Assembly: GCA_964478975.1 (NCBI GenBank)
Contig: CAYZKQ010000002.1
Span: 1-53,043, forward strand
DNA from: an uncultured Vicinamibacterales bacterium
GTDB taxonomy: Bacteria; Acidobacteriota; Vicinamibacteria; Vicinamibacterales; JAHECP01
DNA length: 53,043 nucleotides
Direction of reading: 5' to 3'
Shown piece after piece: positions 38,235-47,212 of the stretch; position 1 is the stretch's first letter; every line of letters starts with the position of its first letter. The position numbers and the translations under genes were made by a program. The notes under the pieces were generated by a model. That model was given only the letters and a program-made list of their open reading frames with translations, did not search any database and was not told the DNA's origin.

Positions 38235-40195
38235 GCCGCTCCAGCCTCCGCCCAGCGTTCGGTGATCGTGAAGCGTTCCATCGTCATGGCGTCGGTGGGG
38301 CAGCGGATCGCGCACAGCCCGCACCGGATGCACCGCTCGTCGTCTTTGATCATCGCGGCGAGGGGCAGCCCGCCGGCCGCCGCGCGCGCGACGAGCGCCG
38401 CCCGCGTGGCCTCGTCCAGGTCCAGCGCGTCGAGGGGGACGATCGCGAGGCAGTACTCGGGGCAGACGTCGACGCAGCGGTTGCACAGGACGCACTTCTC
38501 GGGGTCGTAGATCGTCTGGACGTGGCAGACGAGGCACCGCGCGCCCTGCCGTCTGGCCGCGGCGGCGTCGTAGCCGACCTCGACCTCGGTGATGCCGGTC
38601 CGCCGCCCGACGTCCACGGTCGGCGGCGGCTCCCGGTCGAGCTGCTCGAAGCCGGCGACCATCCGGTAGCGGCTCGTCGGCAGCTTCTCGATCTCCAGGC
38701 GGACCTCCAGCCGCGCCCCGCCGCGGGCGAGGTACTCGTGGATGGCGCGCGCCGCGCGCTTGCCGTTGGCCACGGCCTCGATGAGGTTGCGGGGCCCGAA
38801 GGCGACGTCGCCGCCGGCGAAGACGCCGGGGACCGAGGTGGCGAGCGTCACGGGGTCGACCCGGATCGTGCCGCCGGGGGTGAGGGCGAGACCGTCTTCC
38901 GGCGTGAGAAACGACAGGTCGGCCTGCTGCCCGATCGCCAGGATGCACGAGTCGGCCACCAGCGTCACGGTGTCCGCGTCGTCGTACTGCGGGTTGAACC
39001 GGCCGTCGGGGTCGAACACCGAGCGCACGCCGCGCAGCTCGATCGCCTGCAACCGGCCGTCGCCGAGGAACCGCTTCGGCCCGCGGCGCGTGACGAAGCG
39101 GATGCCTTCTTTCTTCGCCTCCTCGAATTCCTCCAGCCCCTGGGTGGTGCGCAGCACCGGCATCTCGTCGAAGTTCTCGAGGGAGACGATCGTGACCTCC
39201 GTGGCGCCGCCGCGCAGCGCCGCCCGCGCCGAATCGAGGGCTTCCTTGACCCGCGCGTCCGTCTCCGCGCCCAGCTCGCTTTCGGGGAGTCCGGCGGTCC
39301 CGGCCGCGGTCTCTTCCTGGACGGCCCGCCACGCGGTCCGCGCCGCGTCGAAGGCGACGAAGCCGCCGCCCACCACGACCACGCGGCGCCCCAGGTCCAT
39401 GCGGTAGCCGCGGTTGACGTTGATCAGGTAGTCGATCGCCTTGACGACGCCGTCGAGCGTCACGCCGGGCACCTGCAGGTCGCGCCCGCGCGAGACCCCG
39501 ACCGCCAGAAACACCGCCTCGAACCCCTCCGCCCGCAGGTGGCGCAGCCCGAACTCGCGGGTGAGCGGCGTATTCAGGCGGAGCTCGACGCCGAGGGCGA
39601 GAATCTTGTCGATCTCGGCGCGCAGGAGCGCCCGCGGCAGGCGGTACTCGGGAATGCCGAACCGCATCATTCCGCCCGGCTCGCCCGCCGCCTCGAAGAT
39701 CGTGACATCGTAGCCGAGCAGCGCCAGGTCGTGCGCCGCCGACAGCCCGGCCGGCCCCGCCCCCACCACCGCCACCTTGCGGCGGCCCGCGCGCACCGGC
39801 GGCCGCCGGTACACCGTGACGGGCAGGTGGCCCGCGTAGCGGTTGCCCTCGCCCACGTCGGCGTCGAGCAAGCGGTCCTGCGTGTCCGGGCGGATCGACT
39901 CGACGCCGTACTGCTCGGTCACGAACCGCTTCAGGGCGCGGATCGCGACCGGCCGGTCGATCGAGCCGCGGCGGCAGGCGTCCTCGCACGGCGCCGCGCA
40001 CACCCGGCCGCAGACCGACGCGAACGGGTTCGGCGCGCGCGCCACCAGATACGCCGCCTCGTCGCGCCCCTCGGCGATGAGCTGCACGTAGCGGCCCGCG
40101 TCGGTCGCCACCGGACAGCCGACCTGGCACTTGACCTGCGCTTTCCAGTGATCGAGGTCGGGCAGCCGCACCCGGAGAGGAGGCATGCGCGTCAC
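38231..40195 (-). CDS. GltD-like NAD(P)H:FAD oxidoreductase with N-terminal Fe-S Cys motifs, fused to a C-terminal 2x[4Fe-4S] ferredoxin domain
   Basis: It has CQVGCP...CGRVCAAPCEDAC, dinucleotide folds VAVVGAGPAGLSAA and VVVVGGGFVAFDAA, then GGDVAFGPRNLIEAVANGKRAA, and a C-terminal CVLCNRCVDVCP / CIRCGLCAIRCP. The start is GTG 40195, or ATG 40186 with GGAG upstream. Confidence 0.9.
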   Translation of the reverse strand: MTRMPPLRVRLPDLDHWKAQVKCQVGCPVATDAGRYVQLIAEGRDEAAYLVARAPNPFASVCGRVCAAPCEDACRRGSIDRPVAIRALKRFVTEQYGVESIRPDTQDRLLDADVGEGNRYAGHLPVTVYRRPPVRAGRRKVAVVGAGPAGLSAAHDLALLGYDVTIFEAAGEPGGMMRFGIPEYRLPRALLRAEIDKILALGVELRLNTPLTREFGLRHLRAEGFEAVFLAVGVSRGRDLQVPGVTLDGVVKAIDYLINVNRGYRMDLGRRVVVVGGGFVAFDAARTAWRAVQEETAAGTAGLPESELGAETDARVKEALDSARAALRGGATEVTIVSLENFDEMPVLRTTQGLEEFEEAKKEGIRFVTRRGPKRFLGDGRLQAIELRGVRSVFDPDGRFNPQYDDADTVTLVADSCILAIGQQADLSFLTPEDGLALTPGGTIRVDPVTLATSVPGVFAGGDVAFGPRNLIEAVANGKRAARAIHEYLARGGARLEVRLEIEKLPTSRYRMVAGFEQLDREPPPTVDVGRRTGITEVEVGYDAAAARRQGARCLVCHVQTIYDPEKCVLCNRCVDVCPEYCLAIVPLDALDLDEATRAALVARAAAGGLPLAAMIKDDERCIRCGLCAIRCPTDAMTMERFTITERWAEAGAA

Positions 40196-40312
40196 GCTCC
40201 CGGTCCCACATCATGACCGAGCGTCGGGCGCGCGGGAATGACGCTCGTCATACGCGGCCGCCAGGCGCGACCGCGCCGCGCGGCCCGCAGGCTCCGGCGG
40301 GCGCGACCAGGG

Positions 40313-40331
40313 CTAGCAATTCTCGTGCTAG
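40313..40331. promoter_or_regulatory. Inverted repeat CTAGCA-N7-TGCTAG in the 188-nt gap upstream of the GltD-like gene
   Basis: It was read directly from the sequence and lies in a relatively AT-rich patch (ggCTAGCAattctcgTGCTAGgc). Confidence 0.35.
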
Positions 40332-40382
40332 GCAACCGATGCGGCGCTCGCCTCCACCGCCGGAGTTCCGGCACGCGCGGGC

Positions 40383-40961
40383 TCACGCGCGCGGCGGGGT
40401 GGAGACGCCCTCGAACGGTGGCCGCTCGATCACGCGGTCCCCGTGCTGGCGCCGGAAGGTCTCCACGATGTGGCAGTTCCAGCAGACGGGCCCGTGCGTG
40501 GCGAGCACCTCGCCGAGGCGTTCGGGCGGCACGTCGCGCCAGGCCCGCGTCGGCCGCTGGGGATCCGCGAGATCCATGAGCGCCGGCTCGTGTTCCAGCC
40601 ACTCCCGCTCGCCGACGGGCCGGCCGCAGAGCAGACACGTCTTGCCGTCGTACCAGCGGGCCACGATCGAGCGGATCAGGCAGCCGTCAGGCGCCGCGAG
40701 AATCTGCTCGAGACACGCCTGGCCGCAGCTCCGGCGCTCGGGCCACCGCGTGCAGTCCGCGAGCCGGAGCTCCGTGCGGCCGAGCAGCGCCGTCACCGCC
40801 GCGTGCCCGGCGTCGACCACGACCGCTTCCTGGGTCCTGGTCTCCGGGCACGTGATGAGCCGGACGCCGCGGTGCCGGACATACGCGCGGAGCAGCCACG
40901 CGACCAGCGCGCCGACCGCCGCGAGGAGCACAAGCAGGACAACGAGGAGGGTCGGGCTCAT
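40383..40961 (-). CDS. Cys-rich single-TM hypothetical protein
   Basis: The real start is ATG 40961 (MSPTLLVVLLVLLAAVGALVAWLL). The soluble part has 9 Cys, including CGQAC, CLLC and CWNC. It is co-oriented with and upstream of the bc/nos genes. Confidence 0.6.
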   Translation of the reverse strand: MSPTLLVVLLVLLAAVGALVAWLLRAYVRHRGVRLITCPETRTQEAVVVDAGHAAVTALLGRTELRLADCTRWPERRSCGQACLEQILAAPDGCLIRSIVARWYDGKTCLLCGRPVGEREWLEHEPALMDLADPQRPTRAWRDVPPERLGEVLATHGPVCWNCHIVETFRRQHGDRVIERPPFEGVSTPPRA

Positions 40962-41040
40962 AGTGGCGCTCCTTTCGGGCGCGGAGGCCGCCTGCCCTGG
41001 CGAAACCCCCGTGTCGGGCCAGGTCCCCGCAGTGCGTGTG

Positions 41041-41055
41041 GCAAAGCGTGTGCCC
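41041..41055 (-). promoter_or_regulatory. Candidate sigma54 promoter (reverse strand) facing the Cys-rich protein / bc / nos genes
   Basis: The reverse strand reads gGGCAC-acgct-TTGC, about 80 nt upstream of ATG 40961. Confidence 0.45.
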
Positions 41056-41080
41056 GAAACCCGCGCGGTCCGCGCCCCCG

Positions 41081-41095
41081 GGGCACGAGCTTTGC
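41081..41095 (+). promoter_or_regulatory. Candidate sigma54 promoter facing the benzoyl-CoA genes
   Basis: gGGCACG-agct-TTGCT lies about 190 nt upstream of ATG 41285, back-to-back with the reverse-strand element at 41041-41055. Confidence 0.45.
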
Positions 41096-41284
41096 TGCTC
41101 TGGCCAAACACCTGCGCGGCGGTGCCGGCATTCCGGCGCAGAGCGCCGGCCCCCGGGGGTGCATCGTCCATCAGCTTCGACTCGGCACCCTCCGGGACCT
41201 ATGACCCCTGTCATACGCCGCCTGGCGCGTTGTGTGGGACGCTCACGCCGCGCGGATTGCCGGAATTCCGGCGACGCTCCAGCG

Positions 41285-42346
41285 ATGGTGCACCAGAAGG
41301 TTCGGGCGCTGGTCTTGACCGCGCCGGGTACAGTCGAGTGGGGAGACGTCGAGCTGCCCGACCCCGCGCCGGGGGAAGCGCGGGTGCGGGTGGCGGGCTG
41401 CGGGCTGTGCCACACGGACGTGACGTTTTTCACGGGCGCCGTCAAGACGCGCCGCCCCCTCCCCCTGGTGCTCGGCCACGAGATCGCGGGCGTCGTCGAC
41501 GCGGCGCCGCCGCCCTACGAGGGGCTGGTCGGGCGGGCGGTCATCGTCCCGGCCGTCATCCCCTGCGGGGCGTGCGACTTCTGCCGCGCCGGGCGCGACA
41601 CGGCCTGCGCGGCGCAGGTGATGCCGGGCAACGACATCCACGGCGGGTTCGCCGAGGCCGTGGTGGTCCCGGCGCGCCACCTGGTCCCGGTGGGGGCGGA
41701 GCTCGGCGGCCTCACGCTGGCGGAACTCGCGGTCGTGGCCGATGCAGTGACGACGCCGTATCAGGCGGTCGTCCGGGCGGGGGTCGCGGCGGGGGATCTG
41801 GTTGTCGTGATCGGGGTCGGGGGGATCGGGACCTACGGGGTGCAGATCGCGCGGGCGTTCGGGGCCGAGGTGGCGGCGGTCGATATCGATCCCGAGAAGC
41901 TGGCGCGCGCGCGGACCCTCGGGGCGCGTTGGGTCTATGACGCGCGCGAGGCCGACCCGAAGGCGATCAAGCGCCAGCTCGCGGCGGAGAGCGGCGTCTC
42001 GACCGGGCGGTGGCGCATCCTCGAGATGAGCGGGACGAAGGCCGGTCAGGAGCTGGCGTGGGCGCTGCTGGGGCCGGCGGCGACGCTGGGCGTCGTCGGG
42101 TTTACGATGGAGAAACCCGAGATCCGGCTGTCGAACCTGATGGCGCTCGACGCGGCGGCGTTCGGGAGCTGGGGCTGCAGCCCACGCCACTATCCGGCGG
42201 CCGTCGAGCTGGTGCGCTCGGGTCGCGTGCAGGTGCGGCCGTTCGTCGAGTGCCGGCCCCTCGCCGAGGGGCGCGAGTGGCTGGCGGCGCAGGCGGCGGG
42301 CCGGGCGCACGCCAGACGGATCGTGCTCGTGCCGGAGGCCGGGTGA
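41285..42346 (+). CDS. had: Zn-dependent MDR dehydrogenase, probable 6-hydroxycyclohex-1-ene-1-carbonyl-CoA dehydrogenase
   Basis: GCGLCHTD, GHEIAGVV, CGACDFCRAGRDTAC and GVGGIG are present. The function is inferred from its position directly before oah and dch. Confidence 0.65.
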   Translation: MVHQKVRALVLTAPGTVEWGDVELPDPAPGEARVRVAGCGLCHTDVTFFTGAVKTRRPLPLVLGHEIAGVVDAAPPPYEGLVGRAVIVPAVIPCGACDFCRAGRDTACAAQVMPGNDIHGGFAEAVVVPARHLVPVGAELGGLTLAELAVVADAVTTPYQAVVRAGVAAGDLVVVIGVGGIGTYGVQIARAFGAEVAAVDIDPEKLARARTLGARWVYDAREADPKAIKRQLAAESGVSTGRWRILEMSGTKAGQELAWALLGPAATLGVVGFTMEKPEIRLSNLMALDAAAFGSWGCSPRHYPAAVELVRSGRVQVRPFVECRPLAEGREWLAAQAAGRAHARRIVLVPEAG

Positions 42347-42356
42347 GGAGCTGACC

Positions 42357-43442
42357 ATGACGCCGCTGAAGGACCATCGCCTCGTTGGAGACGTCCGGTA
42401 CGAATCGATTCTTTATGAGCGACGAGCGGTGCGGGACGAGCGCGGGCGTCCGGTGCCGGACCTGTACAACGCGTGGATCTGGCTGAACAATCCCGCGCAG
42501 CTCAACAGCTACACGACGGCGGCGCTGCGCGAGCTCATCCTGGCGTTCCGCGAGGCGTCGATGGATCGCGCGGTGGTGGCGATCGTGTTCACCGGGGTGG
42601 GGACGCGCGCGTTCTGCACCGGGGGCAATACCAAGGAGTACGCGGAGTACTACGCGGGCCGGCCGCAGGAATACAAGCAGTACATGCGGCTGTTCAACGA
42701 CGCCGTCACGACCATCTTGCTCGCGGACAAGCCGGTTATCAACCGCGTCAACGGCCTGCGCATCGCGGGGGGCCAGGAGCTCGGCATGGCGTGCGACTTC
42801 TCGGTGGCCTCGGACCTGGCGCGGTTCGGGCAGGCCGGACCGAAGCACGGCTCGGCGCCCGACGGCGGGTCGACCGATTTTCTGCATCTTTACGTGGGCA
42901 TCGGCCACGCCATCGAGAGCTGCACCCTGTGCGAGCACTGGTCCGCGTACAAGGCGCTCCGCCTGGGGCTGCTCAACCAGGTGGTGCCGGTGCTGCGGGA
43001 GGGCGATCGGTTCATCCCGAACCCGCTCGTCGTGACGGACCGGTGGACGGACGAGACGGGGCAGATCGTCTACGGCGAGTTCGTGAGGGGCGAGGCGAAG
43101 CAGGCGGCCGAGGCGCGCGTCAAGGCGTGCGAGGTCGACCTCGCGCCGCTCGATGCGGCGGTCGAGTCGCTCGCGACGAAGTTGCTGCTGACGTTTCCGG
43201 ACTGTCTGGCGAAGACCCTCGAGAGCCTGCGGAAGAAGAAGCTGGAGCACTGGCAGCGCAACTCGGAGACCAACCGGTCCTGGCTGGCGCTCAACATGAT
43301 GACCGAGGCGCGGGCGGGGTTCCGGGCGTTCAACGAGGGGCCGCCGGGCCGGCGCGAGGTGGATTTCATCGAACTGCGGCGGCGGCTCGCGCGGGGCGAG
43401 ACGTGGGACGAAGCGCTGTTCGAGGCGATCCATCCGAGGTAG
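42357..43442 (+). CDS. oah: 6-oxocyclohex-1-ene-1-carbonyl-CoA hydrolase (ring-cleaving crotonase, Oah/BamA type)
   Basis: It is a long (361 aa) crotonase-fold protein with FTGVGTRAFCTGGN and GGQELGMACDF, plus the extended C-terminal region typical of BamA/Oah, in benzoyl-CoA context. Confidence 0.75.
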   Translation: MTPLKDHRLVGDVRYESILYERRAVRDERGRPVPDLYNAWIWLNNPAQLNSYTTAALRELILAFREASMDRAVVAIVFTGVGTRAFCTGGNTKEYAEYYAGRPQEYKQYMRLFNDAVTTILLADKPVINRVNGLRIAGGQELGMACDFSVASDLARFGQAGPKHGSAPDGGSTDFLHLYVGIGHAIESCTLCEHWSAYKALRLGLLNQVVPVLREGDRFIPNPLVVTDRWTDETGQIVYGEFVRGEAKQAAEARVKACEVDLAPLDAAVESLATKLLLTFPDCLAKTLESLRKKKLEHWQRNSETNRSWLALNMMTEARAGFRAFNEGPPGRREVDFIELRRRLARGETWDEALFEAIHPR

Positions 43443-43446
43443 GGCG

Positions 43447-44217
43447 ATGTCCCCGGTCCGAGTCCTGACGCGTCACGGCGGCGGCGAGCTGCGCCTCGTC
43501 CTCGACCGGCCGAAGGGCAACGTCTTGACGCGAGCGCTGATGGGGGCCGTGCGCGCGGCGCTCGCCGAGATTCGCCCGGATGCGGGCGTCAAGCTGGTCA
43601 GCCTGGCCGGGGCGGGCGATCACTTCAGCTACGGGGCGAGCGTCGACGAGCACCTGCCCGACCAGATCGGCGCGGCGCTCGCCGAGCTGCACGCCCTCGT
43701 GCGCGACCTCCTGGCGGTGCCGGCGCCCACCGCGGCCGTCGTCCGCGGCCAGTGTCTGGGGGGCGGCTTCGAGCTGGCGCTGGCGTGCGATTTCATCTTC
43801 GCCGCCGACACGGCGCGCCTCGGCGTGCCGGAAGTCTCGCTCGGGGTCTTCCCGCCGGTCGCGGCGGCGCTCTTGCCGGTCAAGGTGGGCGCGGCGCGCG
43901 CGGCCGAAGCCATCGTGACGGGCGAGCCGCTGCCGGCCGAGCGGTGGCACCAGGCGGGTCTCGTGACCCTGGTGGCGCCGGCGGCCGACCTGGACGCGGC
44001 GGTCGACCGGTGGTTCGACGCGGTGCTCGCACCGAAGTCGGCCGCGGCGCTGCGCCACGCGGCGCTGGCGGCGCGGGTATCGGTCAGCCGGGCCGCCGGC
44101 GACCCGCTGGCGGCGCTCGAGCGCGAGTACCTGGAACGCCTTATGCAGACCCACGACGCCGTGGAAGGGGTGCGGGCGTTTCTCGAGAAGCGCCCGCCGC
44201 GCTGGAGGCACGCATGA
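43447..44217 (+). CDS. dch: Enoyl-CoA hydratase, probable cyclohexa-1,5-diene-1-carbonyl-CoA hydratase
   Basis: It has the crotonase fold (GAGDHFSYGASV, GQCLGGGFELALACDF). The function is inferred from context. Confidence 0.7.
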   Translation: MSPVRVLTRHGGGELRLVLDRPKGNVLTRALMGAVRAALAEIRPDAGVKLVSLAGAGDHFSYGASVDEHLPDQIGAALAELHALVRDLLAVPAPTAAVVRGQCLGGGFELALACDFIFAADTARLGVPEVSLGVFPPVAAALLPVKVGAARAAEAIVTGEPLPAERWHQAGLVTLVAPAADLDAAVDRWFDAVLAPKSAAALRHAALAARVSVSRAAGDPLAALEREYLERLMQTHDAVEGVRAFLEKRPPRWRHA

Positions 44218-44768
44218 GGGCCATCGAGGTCCTGCTCGAGGAGCACCGGCTGATCCGGCGCATGGCGGACATCATCGAGGCGGTGGCCGACCGCCTGGCC
44301 GCCGGCCAGGCGGTGGCCGAGCGCGTGCTGGCCGACGTGATGGAGTTCTCCGAGCGGTTCACGTCGAGCCACCACCACGCGAAGGAGGAGCATCAGCTCT
44401 TTCCGGTGCTCGCGCGCCACGGGCTCGGGCCCGAGTCGAGTCCGATCGCGGCGCTCCGCGAGCAGCACGAGGCCAACCACGCGTATTTGCGGGAGATGCG
44501 GGCGGCGTTCACGCGCCTGGCGGCCGGGGACGCGGGCGCCGCCCAGGCCTTCGCCGCGAGCGCCCGCGACTACGTCCGGATGATCCGCGAGCACATCCGG
44601 ATCGAGGATCACTATTTCCAGGAAGTTGGCGCCCTGCTGACGCCGGAGGAGGACCGGCACCTCGTCGAGCGGATGGCGGCCGCGGATCGGACCGCCGCGG
44701 GCGAGGGGGTGCGGGCGCAGTATGCGCGCCTGGTGGAGGAGTACGCCGCCCTGATCGCGACATGGTGA
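44214..44768 (+). CDS. Hemerythrin (HHE cation-binding) domain protein
   Basis: EEHRLIRRM, HHHAKEEHQLFP, EQHEANHAYL and REHIRIEDHYF are present. It has an ATGA overlap with dch and a 7-nt overlap with the next gene. Confidence 0.85.
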   Translation: MRAIEVLLEEHRLIRRMADIIEAVADRLAAGQAVAERVLADVMEFSERFTSSHHHAKEEHQLFPVLARHGLGPESSPIAALREQHEANHAYLREMRAAFTRLAAGDAGAAQAFAASARDYVRMIREHIRIEDHYFQEVGALLTPEEDRHLVERMAAADRTAAGEGVRAQYARLVEEYAALIATW

Positions 44769-45928
44769 CGCCGCTGTTGGACGACCGTTCCGGGCGGTCG
44801 CTCGAAGCGCGGCTGCAACTGGCGCAGTCGATCGTCGAGGACCCGACTTATCCGACCGTGCGCCGCTGGCGCGCGGCCGGCGGGAAGGTCGTGGGCCACT
44901 TCCAGGTCTACTTCCCCGAGGAGATCGCCCACGCGGCCGGCCTGCTCCCGGTCAAGATCCGCGGCGCGCAGGTCGAGGCGCGGCGCGCGGAAGCCCGGTT
45001 CGGGTCGTACCTCTGCTCGATCTTGAAGACCTCGCTCGAGCTGGCGCTCGCCGGCCACCTCGAGCTCGACCTCTTCGTGAGCCACCCGATCTGCGACGCG
45101 GCGCGGAACCTGGCGGCGGTCTGGGGCCGCAACGTGCCCTACCCGTGCCACCTCCTCTACCTGCCGCAGAACGCGGCGTCGCCCCACGCGGTCCGGTACC
45201 TGGCGGCCGAGTACGACCGGATGCGGCGGGTGATCGAAGGCGTCGCCGGGCGCCGCGTCACCGCCGAGGACCTCCGGCGATCGATCGCGGTCTTCAACGA
45301 GAACCGGCGCCTCCTCCGCCGCCTCTACGCCCTCCGGCGCGACGCGCCGTGGAAGGTCGCCGTGGACGAGGCGTACGTCCTCGTCGCGCTCGGGGCGGTC
45401 GTGCCGCGCGAGGAGCACAACGCGTGGCTCGCCGAGCTCCTGCCGCTCCTCGAGGCGCGGGACGCCGTCCCCCAGGACCGCATGCGGGTCGTCTTCGAGG
45501 GCGGCTTCTGCGAGCAACCGCCGCTCGACCTGCTGCGTGCCCTCGGGCAGGCTTGCTACGTGGTCGACGACGACCTGCTCGTCGGCTTGCGCTGGATCGT
45601 GGAGGATGTCGACCAGACGGGCGACCCGCTCGAGGCGCTGGCCGACGCCTACCTGAACCGGTCGACCTACAGTCCGGTGCAGCACGACCCGCGGAAGCCC
45701 AAAGAGCGGATGCTCCTCGAGCGCGTCCGCGCGGCGCGCGCCGAGGCGGTGGTGGTCGCGGCGGCCAAGATGTGCGAGCCGGGCCTCGACGAACAGGTCG
45801 CCTATACGCGCGCCCTGAGCGCGGAAGGCATCCCGCACTTCGTCACCGAGTTCGAGGAGCGGATGTCGAGCTTCGACCACCTCCAAATCCAGCTCGAAAC
45901 GTTCGTCGAGAACGTGCGGTTCGGATGA
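44762..45928 (+). CDS. bcrC: Benzoyl-CoA reductase (class I, ATP-dependent) subunit, BcrC/BadD/BzdN-like
   Basis: It belongs to the 2-hydroxyacyl-CoA dehydratase / BCR fold family, with conserved Cys (HPICDAARN, AAKMCEPG), and precedes the other three subunits. Confidence 0.75.
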   Translation: MVTPLLDDRSGRSLEARLQLAQSIVEDPTYPTVRRWRAAGGKVVGHFQVYFPEEIAHAAGLLPVKIRGAQVEARRAEARFGSYLCSILKTSLELALAGHLELDLFVSHPICDAARNLAAVWGRNVPYPCHLLYLPQNAASPHAVRYLAAEYDRMRRVIEGVAGRRVTAEDLRRSIAVFNENRRLLRRLYALRRDAPWKVAVDEAYVLVALGAVVPREEHNAWLAELLPLLEARDAVPQDRMRVVFEGGFCEQPPLDLLRALGQACYVVDDDLLVGLRWIVEDVDQTGDPLEALADAYLNRSTYSPVQHDPRKPKERMLLERVRAARAEAVVVAAAKMCEPGLDEQVAYTRALSAEGIPHFVTEFEERMSSFDHLQIQLETFVENVRFG

Positions 45929-45938
45929 GGGAGGCGCG

Positions 45939-47210
45939 ATGACTCCGTCGATCGTGGGGCGCGGCGCCAGCGAAGGCGGGCGCCTGTTCCGGGAGTGGTT
46001 CGCCGCCCTGGACCGGGCGGCCGAGACCGGCCGGCCCGCGGCCTACGTCTTCGTGATGGGCAGCCTCGCGGAGCTGCTGCGCACCTTCGACCTGCCGCTG
46101 GTCTTTCCGGAGATCAATTCGCTGCAGACGGCCGTGCGGCGCGTCGCCCACGAGTACCTCAACGAGGCGGAGGACTACGGCTACTCGCCGGACATCTGCG
46201 GGTACGTCAAGGCCGACGTGGCGGTCCAACTCCGCCGCGGGCAGCACCCGATGGGGCGGATTCCCCCGCCGGCCATCGCCGTCCTGACGAACGCCTGCAA
46301 CACCTACATCAAGTGGGCGGAAATCTGGGAGCGCCTCTATGGCACGCCCACGGTGGTGATCGACGTGCCCGGCACGCGCACCGCCGGGGGCGAGACCTGG
46401 CCGGGCGACCCGGAGTTTTGCCGCGACCGCGACTACGTCGCGGCGCAGATCGGCGAGCTCATCGCGCGGTGCGAGGCGGTGACCGGCCGGCGGTTCGACA
46501 TCGACCGGCTCCGGGAGACCCTCCACCACACGAACGAACTGGGGCGCGCGTTCCAGCGCGTCCTGCGGCTCAACCGCCACCGCCCGGCGCCGTTCAACGC
46601 CGTGACCGACGGCACCGTCTACCTCGGCGTGGCCAACGGCTTCCGCGGCACCCCGGAGGGTGCCGCCTACTTCCGGGACCTGGTCGAGGAACTCGAATAC
46701 AAAGTCGCCCACGGCCTGGGCACGGTGCACGACGAGCGCTTCCGACTTGTGTTCGTCGGCGTGCCCTGCTATCCGATCTTCCGCCGCTTCAACGACCTCT
46801 TCGCCGAGTGGGGCGGCGCCTTCGTGAGCTCCACGTATCTGTGGTTCGCCTCGGGGGGCACCGACCTGGCGTGGTCCTACGACCTGTCGCGGCCCATCGA
46901 GAGCCTGGCCGAGGGCCTGCTCGTGAGCGTCAGGCACGCCATGGACAGCATGTTCTTCCAGGACCGGTTCATCGCCGGCCTGATCGAGCCGTACGCCGTC
47001 GACGGCGTCGTGTATCATCCCATCAAGAGCTGCCGGACCGTGTCGACCGGGCTCGCCGACGGCCGGCGGGCGCTCGCGGAGCGGACCGGCGTCGCCAGCC
47101 TGTACCTCGAGTCCGACATGATGGACCGCCGGGTCGTCTCCGAGGCCCAGCTCAAGAACCGCATCGACGCGTTCTTCGAAGGGCTGGCGAGCAAGAAACA
47201 GCGGGGGTGA
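45939..47210 (+). CDS. bcrB: Benzoyl-CoA reductase subunit, BcrB/BadE/BzdO-like
   Basis: It is the paralogous dehydratase-fold subunit ([27 protein letters not shown]). Confidence 0.75.
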   Translation: MTPSIVGRGASEGGRLFREWFAALDRAAETGRPAAYVFVMGSLAELLRTFDLPLVFPEINSLQTAVRRVAHEYLNEAEDYGYSPDICGYVKADVAVQLRRGQHPMGRIPPPAIAVLTNACNTYIKWAEIWERLYGTPTVVIDVPGTRTAGGETWPGDPEFCRDRDYVAAQIGELIARCEAVTGRRFDIDRLRETLHHTNELGRAFQRVLRLNRHRPAPFNAVTDGTVYLGVANGFRGTPEGAAYFRDLVEELEYKVAHGLGTVHDERFRLVFVGVPCYPIFRRFNDLFAEWGGAFVSSTYLWFASGGTDLAWSYDLSRPIESLAEGLLVSVRHAMDSMFFQDRFIAGLIEPYAVDGVVYHPIKSCRTVSTGLADGRRALAERTGVASLYLESDMMDRRVVSEAQLKNRIDAFFEGLASKKQRG

Positions 47211-47212
47211 CG

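Noticed and set aside
40313-40331. Sigma54 promoter on the reverse strand (TAGCAC-gagaa-TTGC)
   Set aside because: The essential GG dinucleotide of the -24 element is AG here. I kept it only as an inverted repeat / candidate operator.
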